This document shows positions 27,643 to 37,325 of a stretch of 64,000 nucleotides of DNA, one piece after another. A program made the translations under genes and the position numbers. The stretch is from the NCBI GenBank assembly GCA_050248855.1, contig JBFWRP010000005.1, positions 32,001 through 96,000 on the forward strand. The letters are read 5' to 3'. The notes under the pieces were generated by a model. That model had not been told where the DNA came from and ran no database searches. It was given only the letters and a program-made list of their open reading frames with translations. The stretch is from Planctomycetota bacterium. Lineage in GTDB: Bacteria > Planctomycetota > PLA2 > JAEUHO01. Every line of letters begins with the position of its first letter. Positions within the stretch are counted from its first letter, which is position 1.

Positions 27643-28169
27643 GCGGACACCCGATGGGCGTTCCGTCCGAGGGAGTGGGTGCGTCCCTGGGCCGGGCCCA
27701 GCGCCTCGCCCTCGCGGCCTGCGGGCTCGGCTGGCTGCCTGGGGCTCCCGGCACGTGGGCGTCGCTGGGCACCGTCCTCGTCGCCCTGCCGTTCCTGGGC
27801 TCGTGCCTTGCGGGTGGCGCCGTGCTGGCACTCTTGCTGCTTGCGGGCTCGCTGGCGTGCCTGTCCTGGGGTGGCCGCGCCGTGCGTCCGGACGGACGGG
27901 GCGACCCGGGCTGGGTCGTGGCCGACGAGGTCGCGGGCCAGGCCCTTGCGCTCGGCGGCGCACTTCCCGCCGTGGTGACCCGTGAGCTCGCCACGTCGTG
28001 GTGGCTCGTGGCGCTTGCTTTCGTGCTGTTCCGCGCCCTCGACGTGGTCAAGCCTGGTCCGATCCGACGCCTCGAGCGCTTGCCCGGCGGACTCGGCGTG
28101 CTCGCCGACGACCTCGGTGCCGGAGCTGCCGCGGCTGTCGTCGTGGGCGTCGTCGGCCACTTCGCCTGA
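27639..28169 (+). CDS. pgpA: Phosphatidylglycerophosphatase A
   Basis: GLGWLPGAPGTWASL, DPGWVVADEVAG, FRALDVVKP.PI, GVLADD; GTGA overlap with pgsA. Confidence 0.9.
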   Translation: MSGHPMGVPSEGVGASLGRAQRLALAACGLGWLPGAPGTWASLGTVLVALPFLGSCLAGGAVLALLLLAGSLACLSWGGRAVRPDGRGDPGWVVADEVAGQALALGGALPAVVTRELATSWWLVALAFVLFRALDVVKPGPIRRLERLPGGLGVLADDLGAGAAAAVVVGVVGHFA

Positions 28170-28239
28170 GCGAGCGACCACGAGCCGCCGCGGGCCTATA
28201 CTCCGCGCCGCGCGGGTTCGCCGCGAAGGGAGGACGCAC

Positions 28240-30360
28240 ATGGCCACTTCGCCCCGGCGATCGAGGGGACGCGACGACGAGCGCCGGCCCCGCCGGCCCC
28301 GCGACGGCGACACGCCGCCTGCGGCCAAGCCCGTGGTCCCGCCGGTGGTCCCGCCTGCAGCGAAGCCCGTGGTCCCGCCTGCAGCGAAGCCCGTGGTCCC
28401 GCCTGTAGCGAAGCCCGTCGTACCGTCCGCGGCAAAGCCGGTGGTCCCGCCCGCGGCCGCCACCCCCGTGGCCAAGCCGGTCGCCAAGCCTGCACCGCAG
28501 GCGCCGGCTCGACCCAGCTCACCGCCCTCCGCGGCCAAGGCCTCCTCCTCGTCGCGCGGCCCCCGGGCTCGCGAAACGGAGGTGGGCGGCCGCGGCCGCT
28601 CGCAGCGTCGCGGCGGCGGCATGTCGATCGGCTTGGCCTCGGCCCTGGTGGCCGCCGGCATCACCTTCCTCGTCCTGCTCGTGCAGCTGCTGATGTCGGG
28701 CCGCAAGGACGCCGAGGGCTCGCCCACGCGTGACGCCTTCGGCAGCGCCGCGGCAGCCGCCCTCGCGGGCGGCGACGACGCCGCGTGGACCGGGGGCGCG
28801 CGCGCCGTGGCCTACGATGTGAAGTGGATCGAACGCCAGATCAGCAGCTTGTTCGGTGAACGCGGCGAACGTTGGTTCGACGACGAGAAGGCGCGCATCA
28901 ACCCGGACCCGAAAGAGCTCGAGTCCATGGCCATGGACGAGATCGAGGCGATCCAGAAGCGCAAGGCCAAGTGGGACGAGACGGTCGAGAGACTGGCGGG
29001 GGCCAGCGTGGGCGCAGGCGACGACGACTCGCAGCGCATGAGGCGCCTCCTCAACAGGAACTTCCACCGCCTGTACTCGAAGGACGGCGTCTACCGCGTC
29101 ATCGCGGCCCACGTGCTCAAGAACCCGGGCGCGGGCGCGCAGATCGTGGTCAGCCAGCCCGACAACGCCACGATTGCCCCCGACTGGTCCACGTACAGCA
29201 CGAGCGCATCCAAGGGCGGCTCCGTCTCGGGCCAAGCCTCCATCGGGAGCGACTCCTGGCCCGTCACGATCTACCTGGCGGAGCTTCCCGGCAGCACCAC
29301 CACGAGTCGCCTCATGGCCTCGGCAGCCGTCTACGAAGCCGGCTCGGCCGGCGGCGGCGGCGGAGCGGGACTGGGGCTGATCCTGTTGGTCTTGGGGCCC
29401 CTGCTTGCGGGCTTTGCCACCTTCGCGGTCGCCAACGGCTTCGGCGCCAAGATCAAGGCGCTGGCGCGCGAGATCGACCGCTTGGGCAGCACGGGCGACC
29501 CGACGCGATCGCTCCGCGCAGACGGTGCGGAAGCGTCCCTCGTGGCCCGCTCCGTCGAACGCATGGTGAGCACGCTCGAGTTCCGCTCCAAGCACGATGG
29601 CGCGGACCTGGACGAAGTGGCCCAGCGGGAGCGGGCCGTCGCCGAGGAGATCCACAAGGGTCTCGTCTCCAAGCACCCGCCGCGCCTGGACGGCTACGAG
29701 GTGGAGACGCTGTTCAAGCCCGGCTTCGAGATCGGCGGCGACCACTTCGAGTACTTCCGCATCGACGACACGCACCTGGGCCTGATCCTGCTCGACACGA
29801 ACGTGCGTGGCCTGCAGGCCGCCTTGGTCATGGCATCCACGCGCGCGTACGTGCGCACGGCGGCGCCCGGCGTGCTCTCGCCAGCCCAGGTGCTGCGCGA
29901 GGTCAACCGTCACCTCGCCGGCGAGCTGCCGCCCGGCCGGCACGTGACGGCGCTCTACGCCGTGCTCGACATGAACGCGGGCACCGCCACGCTGGCCAGC
30001 GCCGGGCACCTGCCGCTGCTCGTCTACCGCCACGCCGCGGGCAAGCTGTCCATGGTCAACCCCGAGGGGTTGGCCCTGGGCATGGACACGGGCCCCGTGT
30101 TCGACGACGCGCTGCAGGAGGGCGAGATCCCGCTCGGAGTCGGCGACCGCATCGTCATGTACACGGACGGCGCGCTGAAGATCCAGAACGCCGACGGCGA
30201 GGAGTTCGGCGAGCAGCGCTTCTACCAATCCGTGTCGCGCGAAGCGCCCAAGAACAGCCAGGCGTTCGTCAACTTCGTCGGCGGCGGCATCGACGCGTTC
30301 CACGTGGGCGCCCAGCAGAACGACGACATCACGATCAGCACGATCAAGCGGCTGCGCTGA
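28240..30360 (+). CDS. Membrane PP2C/SpoIIE-family phosphatase with HAMP-like linker and Pro-rich N-terminus
   Basis: Two TM helices; EIGGDHFEY, ASAGHLP, GLALG, VMYTDG, EFGEQR, QNDDIT. Confidence 0.85.
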   Translation: MATSPRRSRGRDDERRPRRPRDGDTPPAAKPVVPPVVPPAAKPVVPPAAKPVVPPVAKPVVPSAAKPVVPPAAATPVAKPVAKPAPQAPARPSSPPSAAKASSSSRGPRARETEVGGRGRSQRRGGGMSIGLASALVAAGITFLVLLVQLLMSGRKDAEGSPTRDAFGSAAAAALAGGDDAAWTGGARAVAYDVKWIERQISSLFGERGERWFDDEKARINPDPKELESMAMDEIEAIQKRKAKWDETVERLAGASVGAGDDDSQRMRRLLNRNFHRLYSKDGVYRVIAAHVLKNPGAGAQIVVSQPDNATIAPDWSTYSTSASKGGSVSGQASIGSDSWPVTIYLAELPGSTTTSRLMASAAVYEAGSAGGGGGAGLGLILLVLGPLLAGFATFAVANGFGAKIKALAREIDRLGSTGDPTRSLRADGAEASLVARSVERMVSTLEFRSKHDGADLDEVAQRERAVAEEIHKGLVSKHPPRLDGYEVETLFKPGFEIGGDHFEYFRIDDTHLGLILLDTNVRGLQAALVMASTRAYVRTAAPGVLSPAQVLREVNRHLAGELPPGRHVTALYAVLDMNAGTATLASAGHLPLLVYRHAAGKLSMVNPEGLALGMDTGPVFDDALQEGEIPLGVGDRIVMYTDGALKIQNADGEEFGEQRFYQSVSREAPKNSQAFVNFVGGGIDAFHVGAQQNDDITISTIKRLR
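28315..28446 (+). repeat. 24-bp tandem repeats encoding PPAAKPVV
   Basis: About 5.5 degenerate copies of CCGCCTGCAGCGAAGCCCGTGGTC. Confidence 0.85.
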
Positions 30361-30364
30361 CCTC

Positions 30365-30688
30365 GTGGGCTCTCGCGAGCAACCCGCCGGCGACCTGGCC
30401 GCCTTCCAGGCGTCCATCGAGGCCACCTACGGGGAGCGCGACCGGGCCCGCGGCCTGGCTCCGACCTACATGTGGTTCATCGAGGAGGTCGGCGAGCTGG
30501 GCCGGGCGCTGCGCAAGGGGGACGCCGAGAACCTCCGTGAGGAGGTCGGCGACGTGCTGGCCTGGCTCACGAGCCTGGCCTCCATGGCGGGCATCTCCCT
30601 GGAGGAGGCCGCCAGCCGCTACCGGGACGGCTGCCCGCGCTGCGGCCAGTGCCCGTGTGCATGTCGCCGAGGACCTGCTCGCAGCTGA
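30365..30688 (+). CDS. MazG-like nucleotide pyrophosphohydrolase
   Basis: WFIEEVGEL..LREEVGDVLAWL.SLA, C-terminal CPRCGQCPCAC. Confidence 0.85.
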   Translation: MGSREQPAGDLAAFQASIEATYGERDRARGLAPTYMWFIEEVGELGRALRKGDAENLREEVGDVLAWLTSLASMAGISLEEAASRYRDGCPRCGQCPCACRRGPARS

Positions 30689-30824
30689 GCGGTCCAAAGG
30701 ACTTTGGACCCGACTAGGCGTCGAACGCCGGGCGACCGCTACCGCATCGATCGTGCAACCCTTTGTGGGCAAGTGACTTGCGAGAATCCACGGATTTTTG
30801 TGCCAAGCGATTGGCCATACTTGG

Positions 30825-30956
30825 TCACACAAGGTAAGTTCCCGGTGTCGATCCAAAGGACGCGGCATCATCCCCCCCCTGGATGCCAAAGACCTCGGGT
30901 CGGCGAACAACGGGTGACGGCCCCCCGGCGAAAGCCGGGGGGCCGGTTTTCGTTTT
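30825..30956 (+). ncRNA. Candidate small RNA with C-rich loop (5' end uncertain)
   Basis: Lower-GC promoter-like stretch 30750-30830, GGCATC/GATGCC stem with C8 loop, intrinsic terminator. Confidence 0.35.
30918..30956 (+). terminator. Rho-independent terminator
   Basis: 12-bp stem CGGCCCCCCGGC-GAAA-GCCGGGGGGCCG followed by GTTTTCGTTTT. Confidence 0.88.
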
Positions 30957-31217
30957 GGGCCACTCCCCCGGCCCCGAACGAGCGCCGTTTCGGCGCCGCA
31001 GGCGCTCCGCGACCACCCTGCGCCCGGGGCCGTGCGTGCTAGATTCGGCCGACCTGCTGGAGGGCGGGGCCTCGAAGGAGCGACGCACGCGACCGCTGCG
31101 CCCAAGGCCGGCGGTCCGTGGACCGATCCCGAGAGCATCCGCAAGGCCCGTGGAGGGCCTCCAGCAGCCGGTCAGGGGTGGGGCCCGCGCTCCCTCCGCC
31201 GTACGGGAGGGTCACGC

Positions 31218-33536
31218 ATGCGGACGCGAACCTGGGCCTGGCTGGCCATGAGCTTCCTCCTGGCCACGGCGTGCCGGTCAACCCCGCTGGACACGATCTG
31301 GCCGGGCTGCCCCACCTGCACGCCGGACTGCCCGCAGCCCATGGTCTGCCCCCCGACGGCCGTTTCGCCCCAGGTGGACCGTGGCCCCGACCGGGTGCCG
31401 ACGCAGGTGGTGATCGACGAGTCCATCTCGCCCGCCGTCGACTGCAACCCGATCATGACGCAGCACACGCTCGTGGCGACGGTGCTGGACCAGTTCGGCC
31501 AGCCCATGCCCGGCCAGCGCGTCGAGTGGATCCTGGGTCGCTTCGGGGACGCCGTCGGCGACATCATCGCCGTCGACGACCAGTACGGGTCGGGCACCAT
31601 CGCCCCGATCGCCAATGCGCGCGTCACCAACTCCGGCAACAAGTTCGACAACACGTACGTGGCCAGCGTGACGAACTACGGCCCCGAGCTGATCGACGCC
31701 GGCAACAACTTCCCCTACACGAACAGCGACGGCTCGCGACTGCCCGACTTCACCGTGGGTGCGGGGCAGTCGTGGTGCACGATCACGTCCGGGCGCGAAG
31801 GCGTTACGGACATCATCGTCTACGTCCCGGCCATCCGCGACGGCACCAAGCACAAGATCTGGGCCAAGAAGATCTGGGCCGACTTCGCCGTGGAGTTCCC
31901 GGCCGACGCCGTCAACCTGCTGCCCGAGGACACGCACCGCTTCCCGGTCCGCGTGCACCGCAGCGATGGCACGGGCATCCCCGGCCAGACGATCGAGGCC
32001 GAGATCCTCGACGGGCCGGCCGCCGTCTTCCAAGGCGCCGGCGGCACGACCACGCGCGTCACGTCCAACGCCGACGGCATTGCCGAGCTCGTCGTGCGCA
32101 ACACGGCGGGCGCACCGGGCGTCAACCGCATCAAGATCACGGCGGTAGGCGGCTTCTACGGCGAGTCCTGCCCCCGCTCGCAGATCGTCGAGAAGCGCTG
32201 GCAGCGTGTCGCCCTCGAGGTGGCCTGCACGATGCCGGCGACGGCTCCGCTCGGTCGCACCTTCGAGAAGACGATCACCGTCACCAACACGGGGGACGCG
32301 CCCGCCGAGAACGTGATCCTCGAGGACACCCCCGGCGGCGCCCTGGCCTTCGCGGGTGGCGTCTCGTTCCCCATGGATCTCGGCACGATTCCCGCGGGCG
32401 AGACCGTCACGCGCACGATCACGATGGTCGGCAACGCGGCCGGCACGTTCACCAACGACGTGACCGCTCGCGGCGGCACGGCGAGCGCCCAGAGCGGCTG
32501 CGCGGTCGAGATCGTGCAGGGCCAGCTGGAGATCACGAAGGTCTGCGACCCGGCCCGCACGCAGGCTGGCAGCAGCGTCAGCTTCGTCGTGACCGTCTCC
32601 AACACGGGCCGCGGCCCGCTCGAGAACGTCGTCGTGACCGACCGCTACCCGGCCGGCATCACGCCCGCCAGCCAGGACCGCACCACGCTCGGCACGCTGC
32701 TGCCCGGCGAGAGCCAGGAGGTCGTGTTCGCCGGCGTGGCGAACGAGCCGGGCACCTACACGAACACCGCCGTCGCCACGGCCGACGGCGTGCCCGAGGC
32801 CACGGCGACGTGCACGCTCGAGGTGGTGCAGTGCCAGCTCGAGATGCAGCTGATCGGACCCGAGACGATCTACTTCGGCGAGCCCGGCAACTTCACGCTC
32901 GAGGTGAAGAACGTCGGCGATGGCGATGCCTCGGGGTGCACCGTGCGCATCACCTACGGCGGCTGCCTGGGCGGCGGCTTCGAGGACTTCGAGATCGGCC
33001 CGCTGGCTCCGGGTGAAGTCTGGCGCAAGGACTGGAGCCGCACGGCGCAGACCGTCGGCCCCTGCTCGATCCGCGCGGACTCCAGCTGCGGCACGAGCTG
33101 CACGAAGTACGCCGAGGGGCAGCTCAGCGTCCACGGCCTGACGGCGCTCCAGGTCGAGATGATCGACAAGGCGCTCGATGGCAGCGAGGAGGGCGTCTTC
33201 CGCGTAGGCGAGACGTTCCTCTACCGCTCCCGCATCGAGAACGACGCCGGCACCGAAGCGACGCCCGAGATGTTCGCGGACTGGATGCTCCCGCCCGAGC
33301 TGGAGTTCATCTCCGGCCGCAGCCTCGACGGCCGCGTGGACGTCACGGGTACGGGCCGCTCCGCCAAGAGCGGCCGCTTCGTCCTGCCCGTCGGCGGCGC
33401 CCTCGACTTCGAGATCACCGTCCGCGCCGTCGCGGCGCCGGCCAGCACGCTCACGAAGACCACCATGAACATCCGCCGCGCCTCGGACGAGGCCGACCTC
33501 GCCGACGAGACCGAGAGCACCACGATCTGGCGATAG
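31218..33536 (+). CDS. Cysteine-rich DUF11-repeat lipoprotein (OmcB-like)
   Basis: ATG after GGGAGG; lipobox ATAC; repeats ITVTNTGDAPAENV, LEITK..VTVSNTGRGPLENVVVTD, LEVKNVGD; many Cys. Confidence 0.75.
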   Translation: MRTRTWAWLAMSFLLATACRSTPLDTIWPGCPTCTPDCPQPMVCPPTAVSPQVDRGPDRVPTQVVIDESISPAVDCNPIMTQHTLVATVLDQFGQPMPGQRVEWILGRFGDAVGDIIAVDDQYGSGTIAPIANARVTNSGNKFDNTYVASVTNYGPELIDAGNNFPYTNSDGSRLPDFTVGAGQSWCTITSGREGVTDIIVYVPAIRDGTKHKIWAKKIWADFAVEFPADAVNLLPEDTHRFPVRVHRSDGTGIPGQTIEAEILDGPAAVFQGAGGTTTRVTSNADGIAELVVRNTAGAPGVNRIKITAVGGFYGESCPRSQIVEKRWQRVALEVACTMPATAPLGRTFEKTITVTNTGDAPAENVILEDTPGGALAFAGGVSFPMDLGTIPAGETVTRTITMVGNAAGTFTNDVTARGGTASAQSGCAVEIVQGQLEITKVCDPARTQAGSSVSFVVTVSNTGRGPLENVVVTDRYPAGITPASQDRTTLGTLLPGESQEVVFAGVANEPGTYTNTAVATADGVPEATATCTLEVVQCQLEMQLIGPETIYFGEPGNFTLEVKNVGDGDASGCTVRITYGGCLGGGFEDFEIGPLAPGEVWRKDWSRTAQTVGPCSIRADSSCGTSCTKYAEGQLSVHGLTALQVEMIDKALDGSEEGVFRVGETFLYRSRIENDAGTEATPEMFADWMLPPELEFISGRSLDGRVDVTGTGRSAKSGRFVLPVGGALDFEITVRAVAAPASTLTKTTMNIRRASDEADLADETESTTIWR

Positions 33537-33542
33537 CGCGTG

Positions 33543-33566
33543 GCGGCCCCGGGAAGCCGGGGCCGC
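33543..33566 (+). terminator. Hairpin after the DUF11 gene
   Basis: GCGGCCCCGG-GAAG-CCGGGGCCGC; no U tract. Confidence 0.4.
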
Positions 33567-33674
33567 GGCTTCGCGCGGGGTCTGCTCGAAAGGCCCTCCT
33601 CGGGCGCTCGCCGGGGATGATCCCCCGGCGGCGCGCCTCGTGCGCCCGGCCACCTCTCACGCCCGGGGAGTCCC

Positions 33675-35369
33675 ATGAAGTCGGACCTGGAGATCGCCCG
33701 CGAGGCCACGCTGCGCCCGATCGAGGAGATCGGCACCGAAGCCGGCCTGCTCGCTTCGGAGATCGAGCCCTACGGACGCCACATGGCGAAGGTGTCCCTC
33801 GATGCGATCGCGCGCCTCGCCGACCGGCCCCAGGCCCGCTACATCGTCGTGACCGCCATCACGCCGACGCCGCTCGGCGAGGGCAAGACGGTCCACACGA
33901 TCGGCCTCTCGCTCGGCCTTGCCAAGCTGGGCCGCAAGGTGGTGACGTGCATCCGCCAGCCCAGCATGGGCCCGCTGTTCGGCATCAAGGGCGGCGCCGC
34001 CGGCGGCGGCTACAGCCAGGTCGTCCCGATGGAGAGCTTCAACCTCCACCTCACGGGAGACATCCACGCGGTACAGGCCGCGCACAACCTCGTCGCGGCG
34101 CACATCGATGCCTCGGTGCTGCTGGGCAACCGGTTCGATTTCGACCCGGAGGCCATCGCCTGGCGCCGCGTGACGGACACGAACGACCGCGCGCTGCGCG
34201 AGGTCATCACGGGGTTGGGGGGCAAGGACAACGGCGTACCGCGTCGCACGGGGTACGACATCGCGGTGGCCAGCGAGTTCATGGCCGTGCTGGGCCTGGC
34301 CGACGGCCTGAAGGACATGCGCGCCCGGCTCGGCCGCGTCATCGTGGGCTACCGCCGGGACGGCTCCGCCATCACGGCGGAGGACATCCATGCGGCGGGT
34401 GCGGCCACCGTCGTGATGAAGGAGACGATCAAGCCCACGCTGATGCAGACGATCGAGGGCACGCCGTGCTTCGTGCACGCGGGCCCCTTCGCCAACATCG
34501 CGCACGGGAACTCGTCGATCGTGGCCGACCGCATCGCCGTACGCCTCGGCGACTACGTGGTCACGGAAGCAGGCTTCGGCGCCGACATCGGCGCCGAGAA
34601 GTTCTTCAACATCAAGTGCCGTGCGTCGGGCTTGAAGCCCAGCGCGGCGCTGCTCGTCTGCACGGTCCGCGCGCTCAAGAGCCACAGCGGGCGGTTCAAG
34701 ATCGTTCCCGGCAAGGCCTTGCCGAAGGCACTGTTGGAAGAGGACCTCCAGAGCCTTGGCGAGGGCATGTCCAACCTCGAGAAGCAGATCGGGAACGTCC
34801 GCGCGCACGGCCTGCCCGTCGTGGTGGCCATCAACCGTTTCCCGACCGACACCGACGCCGAGCACCGCGCCATCCGGGAGGCCGCCTTGGCCGCAGGCGC
34901 CAGCGGCTGCGAGACAAGCGACGTGTTCATGAAGGGCGGTGAGGGTGGCCTCGCGATCGCACGCGCCATCGAGAAGGCGTGCGAGGAAGGCGCCGACTTC
35001 CGTCACCTCTATCCGCTGGACGCCCCCGTCCGCGAGAAGATCGAGACGATTGCCCGGCGCATGTACGGCGCCGACGGCGTCGACTTCGCGCCGGCGGCCG
35101 ATGGCGACATCGACCGCTACGAGGCGCTCGGGTACGGCCAGCTGCCGATCTGCATGGCCAAGACGCACCTCTCGCTGTCGCACGACGGCGACCTGAAGGG
35201 CCGTCCGACGGGCTTCCGCCTGCCGGTGCGCGAAGTGCGCTTGGCCGCGGGCGCCGGGTTCCTCTACCCGCTCTGCGGCACCATGCGGACCATGCCGGGC
35301 CTGGGCAGCAAGCCGGCCCTGGAGCAGGTGGACCTGGACGCCGACGGCAACGTCGTCGGCCTGTTCTAG
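33675..35369 (+). CDS. fhs: Formate--tetrahydrofolate ligase
   Basis: TPTPLGEGKT, GIKGGAAGGGYSQV, HAGPFANIAHG, VTEAGFGADIGAEKF, CMAKTHLS, TMPGL. Confidence 0.97.
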   Translation: MKSDLEIAREATLRPIEEIGTEAGLLASEIEPYGRHMAKVSLDAIARLADRPQARYIVVTAITPTPLGEGKTVHTIGLSLGLAKLGRKVVTCIRQPSMGPLFGIKGGAAGGGYSQVVPMESFNLHLTGDIHAVQAAHNLVAAHIDASVLLGNRFDFDPEAIAWRRVTDTNDRALREVITGLGGKDNGVPRRTGYDIAVASEFMAVLGLADGLKDMRARLGRVIVGYRRDGSAITAEDIHAAGAATVVMKETIKPTLMQTIEGTPCFVHAGPFANIAHGNSSIVADRIAVRLGDYVVTEAGFGADIGAEKFFNIKCRASGLKPSAALLVCTVRALKSHSGRFKIVPGKALPKALLEEDLQSLGEGMSNLEKQIGNVRAHGLPVVVAINRFPTDTDAEHRAIREAALAAGASGCETSDVFMKGGEGGLAIARAIEKACEEGADFRHLYPLDAPVREKIETIARRMYGADGVDFAPAADGDIDRYEALGYGQLPICMAKTHLSLSHDGDLKGRPTGFRLPVREVRLAAGAGFLYPLCGTMRTMPGLGSKPALEQVDLDADGNVVGLF

Positions 35370-35377
35370 GCCGAGGG

Positions 35378-36184
35378 GTGCGCGACACGGGCACGCCTCC
35401 GGCGGCACCGATCGACGTTCCGCCCCCGCTGCCGCCGTTTCCGCCCGGGCCTCTGGGTCCCTTGCGCGCGGCTTGGTTCGGCCTGTCGTCCTTCGCATGG
35501 ACCTTCGTCTCGTTCCTGCTGGGCTTGCCGTTCCTGCTGTCCCATCCCAAGACGGGTGGTGACGGCCAGTGGTGCACACGCATCTGGGCAGGCGGGGTGT
35601 TTGCGCTGAACGGGCTGTGGATCCGCGTCCACGGGCGCGAGCATCTGGATCGCCGCACCCCGCGGATGTTCGTGGCCAACCACAGCTCGTTCCTCGACCC
35701 GCCGGCCATGGTTCTCCTGGTCCCTGGACGCAGCCGCTTCCTGCTCAAGCGGGAGCTGCTGAAGATGCCGTTCGTCGGCTGGTACGCGAAGATGTCCAGG
35801 CACTTCCTGATCGACCGCAGCGACCCACGCCAGGCGATGGCCCTGCAACAGCGCGCCGTGGACCAGATCCGCACGCGCGGCCACGTGCCGATCATCTTCC
35901 CGGAAGGGACCCGCAGCGCGGACGGGCGCCTGGCCCCGCTCAAGGCCGGCGCGTTCGACTTGGCGCTGAAGGCAGGTATCGACGTCCAACCCGTGTGGAT
36001 CGAGGGCACCTACCGACGCATGCCGCGCGACGCGATGTACCCACGCCGGGGCGGGCGCGTGCACCTCCACATCGGGCCGCCGATCCGCATCGAGGGGCTC
36101 GCCGGCAGCAGCGGGCGGCGCGCGCTCGCCGAACAGGCCGACGCCGCACTCCGCGCGCTCGAGGCGCAGGCACGCGGCGTCTGA
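35378..36184 (+). CDS. plsC: 1-acyl-sn-glycerol-3-phosphate acyltransferase
   Basis: VANHSSFLD, FLIDR, IFPEGTRS, KAGAF; start approximate. Confidence 0.88.
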   Translation: MRDTGTPPAAPIDVPPPLPPFPPGPLGPLRAAWFGLSSFAWTFVSFLLGLPFLLSHPKTGGDGQWCTRIWAGGVFALNGLWIRVHGREHLDRRTPRMFVANHSSFLDPPAMVLLVPGRSRFLLKRELLKMPFVGWYAKMSRHFLIDRSDPRQAMALQQRAVDQIRTRGHVPIIFPEGTRSADGRLAPLKAGAFDLALKAGIDVQPVWIEGTYRRMPRDAMYPRRGGRVHLHIGPPIRIEGLAGSSGRRALAEQADAALRALEAQARGV

Positions 36185-36196
36185 CCGGGAAGCGCC

Positions 36197-37156
36197 CTAC
36201 CGCGCGCGCACCAGCCAGTGGGCCGGAAGGCCTCGCCGGGCGACGACATGCTCGACGTCCTTCAGGAACCGCCGCCCGTCGGTCACGTAGCCCGCAGTCG
36301 GACGAACGCCCGGGCAGGCCTCGGCGAACCACGCGTTGAACCGCTCCATGAACAGCTCGCGCACGAGCTTGGCCATCACGCTGGCCCAGGCCACCGCGAG
36401 GTCGTCGCCGTCGGCGCGCGTGCGGAAGGCCAACCACAAGCGGCGGTCGGGAAGCTCGATGCGGTAGCGGCTGGCACGGGCATCGCGCGCAAGCTCCTCC
36501 AGGGGGGCGAAGGGGAAGAGGGCCGACAGCCACGCACGGTAGTCGCGGCGGCCCCCGTGGCGATCGAACACGACGTGGGCGTCCTCGCCCGGGAAGCGAT
36601 CGAGAAGACGCGTCAACAAGCAGCCACCGAAGCGAGCCAGCACGTCGGCCTTCGACGCGCCCTCGACCGCATCGTTGAACGCCGGAACGTCGACCGGCCA
36701 AGCGCGCAAGTCGAGCGCACGCACGCCCTGCGCTGCGAAGCGCCCTGACAGCGGGCCCGTCCACGGGTAGCGCGGCACCCGGCCGCCCTCCAGGTCCGCG
36801 AACCAGGGCAAGGCACGGAACGCGGCGGCGGGAACGTCGCCATGGCGCTCGAGCAGGTCGGCGAGGTCGACGGGGGGCGCGTGGTCCAGCGCCGCGCAGA
36901 ACGCACCGACGGCGCGAGCCAGCCCCACGACGCCATCGCGCGCATGGAGACGCTTGCTGTCGTCGACGGGCACCGGCAGCGCGTCGGCCCCCCGACGCCC
37001 ACGCACGGCGACGACGAACGGCTCGAGCCGTGCCGCGAGAACCGCTCCGGGGTCGTCGTCGGCGCGGAGACCCTCGACGCGCCACGCTGACACGGCGATG
37101 ACCAAGGGCCCCAGGAGCGGCCCGTAGCCGGCTTCGTCGATTCCCAGGTGCAGCAC
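36197..37156 (-). CDS. RNase HII-like protein with insertions
   Basis: GTG after GAGGAGG; GIDEAGYGPLLGPL, DDSKRL, AD..AVAWASVMAK, GY. Confidence 0.75.
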   Translation of the reverse strand: MLHLGIDEAGYGPLLGPLVIAVSAWRVEGLRADDDPGAVLAARLEPFVVAVRGRRGADALPVPVDDSKRLHARDGVVGLARAVGAFCAALDHAPPVDLADLLERHGDVPAAAFRALPWFADLEGGRVPRYPWTGPLSGRFAAQGVRALDLRAWPVDVPAFNDAVEGASKADVLARFGGCLLTRLLDRFPGEDAHVVFDRHGGRRDYRAWLSALFPFAPLEELARDARASRYRIELPDRRLWLAFRTRADGDDLAVAWASVMAKLVRELFMERFNAWFAEACPGVRPTAGYVTDGRRFLKDVEHVVARRGLPAHWLVRAR

Positions 37157-37325
37157 GGGAAACGGGCCTCCTCGCGTCGGATGGCCTGGCATGCCCCGGC
37201 TCGCCCAAGGCGCCGCAAGCCGCAGCCGATCCAAGACCACGGGGTACATTCGTACCCCCCTGTCATGCCCGACGCACGGGACGGACGTCCTGCGCGGCCC
37301 AGGCAGGCCCCTGGGAGGACCGACC

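Noticed and set aside
28315..28446. Short repeats as a possible CRISPR array (also 18110-18157)
   Set aside because: In-frame, spacer-less coding tandem repeats; no cas genes
30790..30810. Sigma-54 promoter (minus-strand TTGGCAC)
   Set aside because: The -12 element reads TCCG, not TTGC
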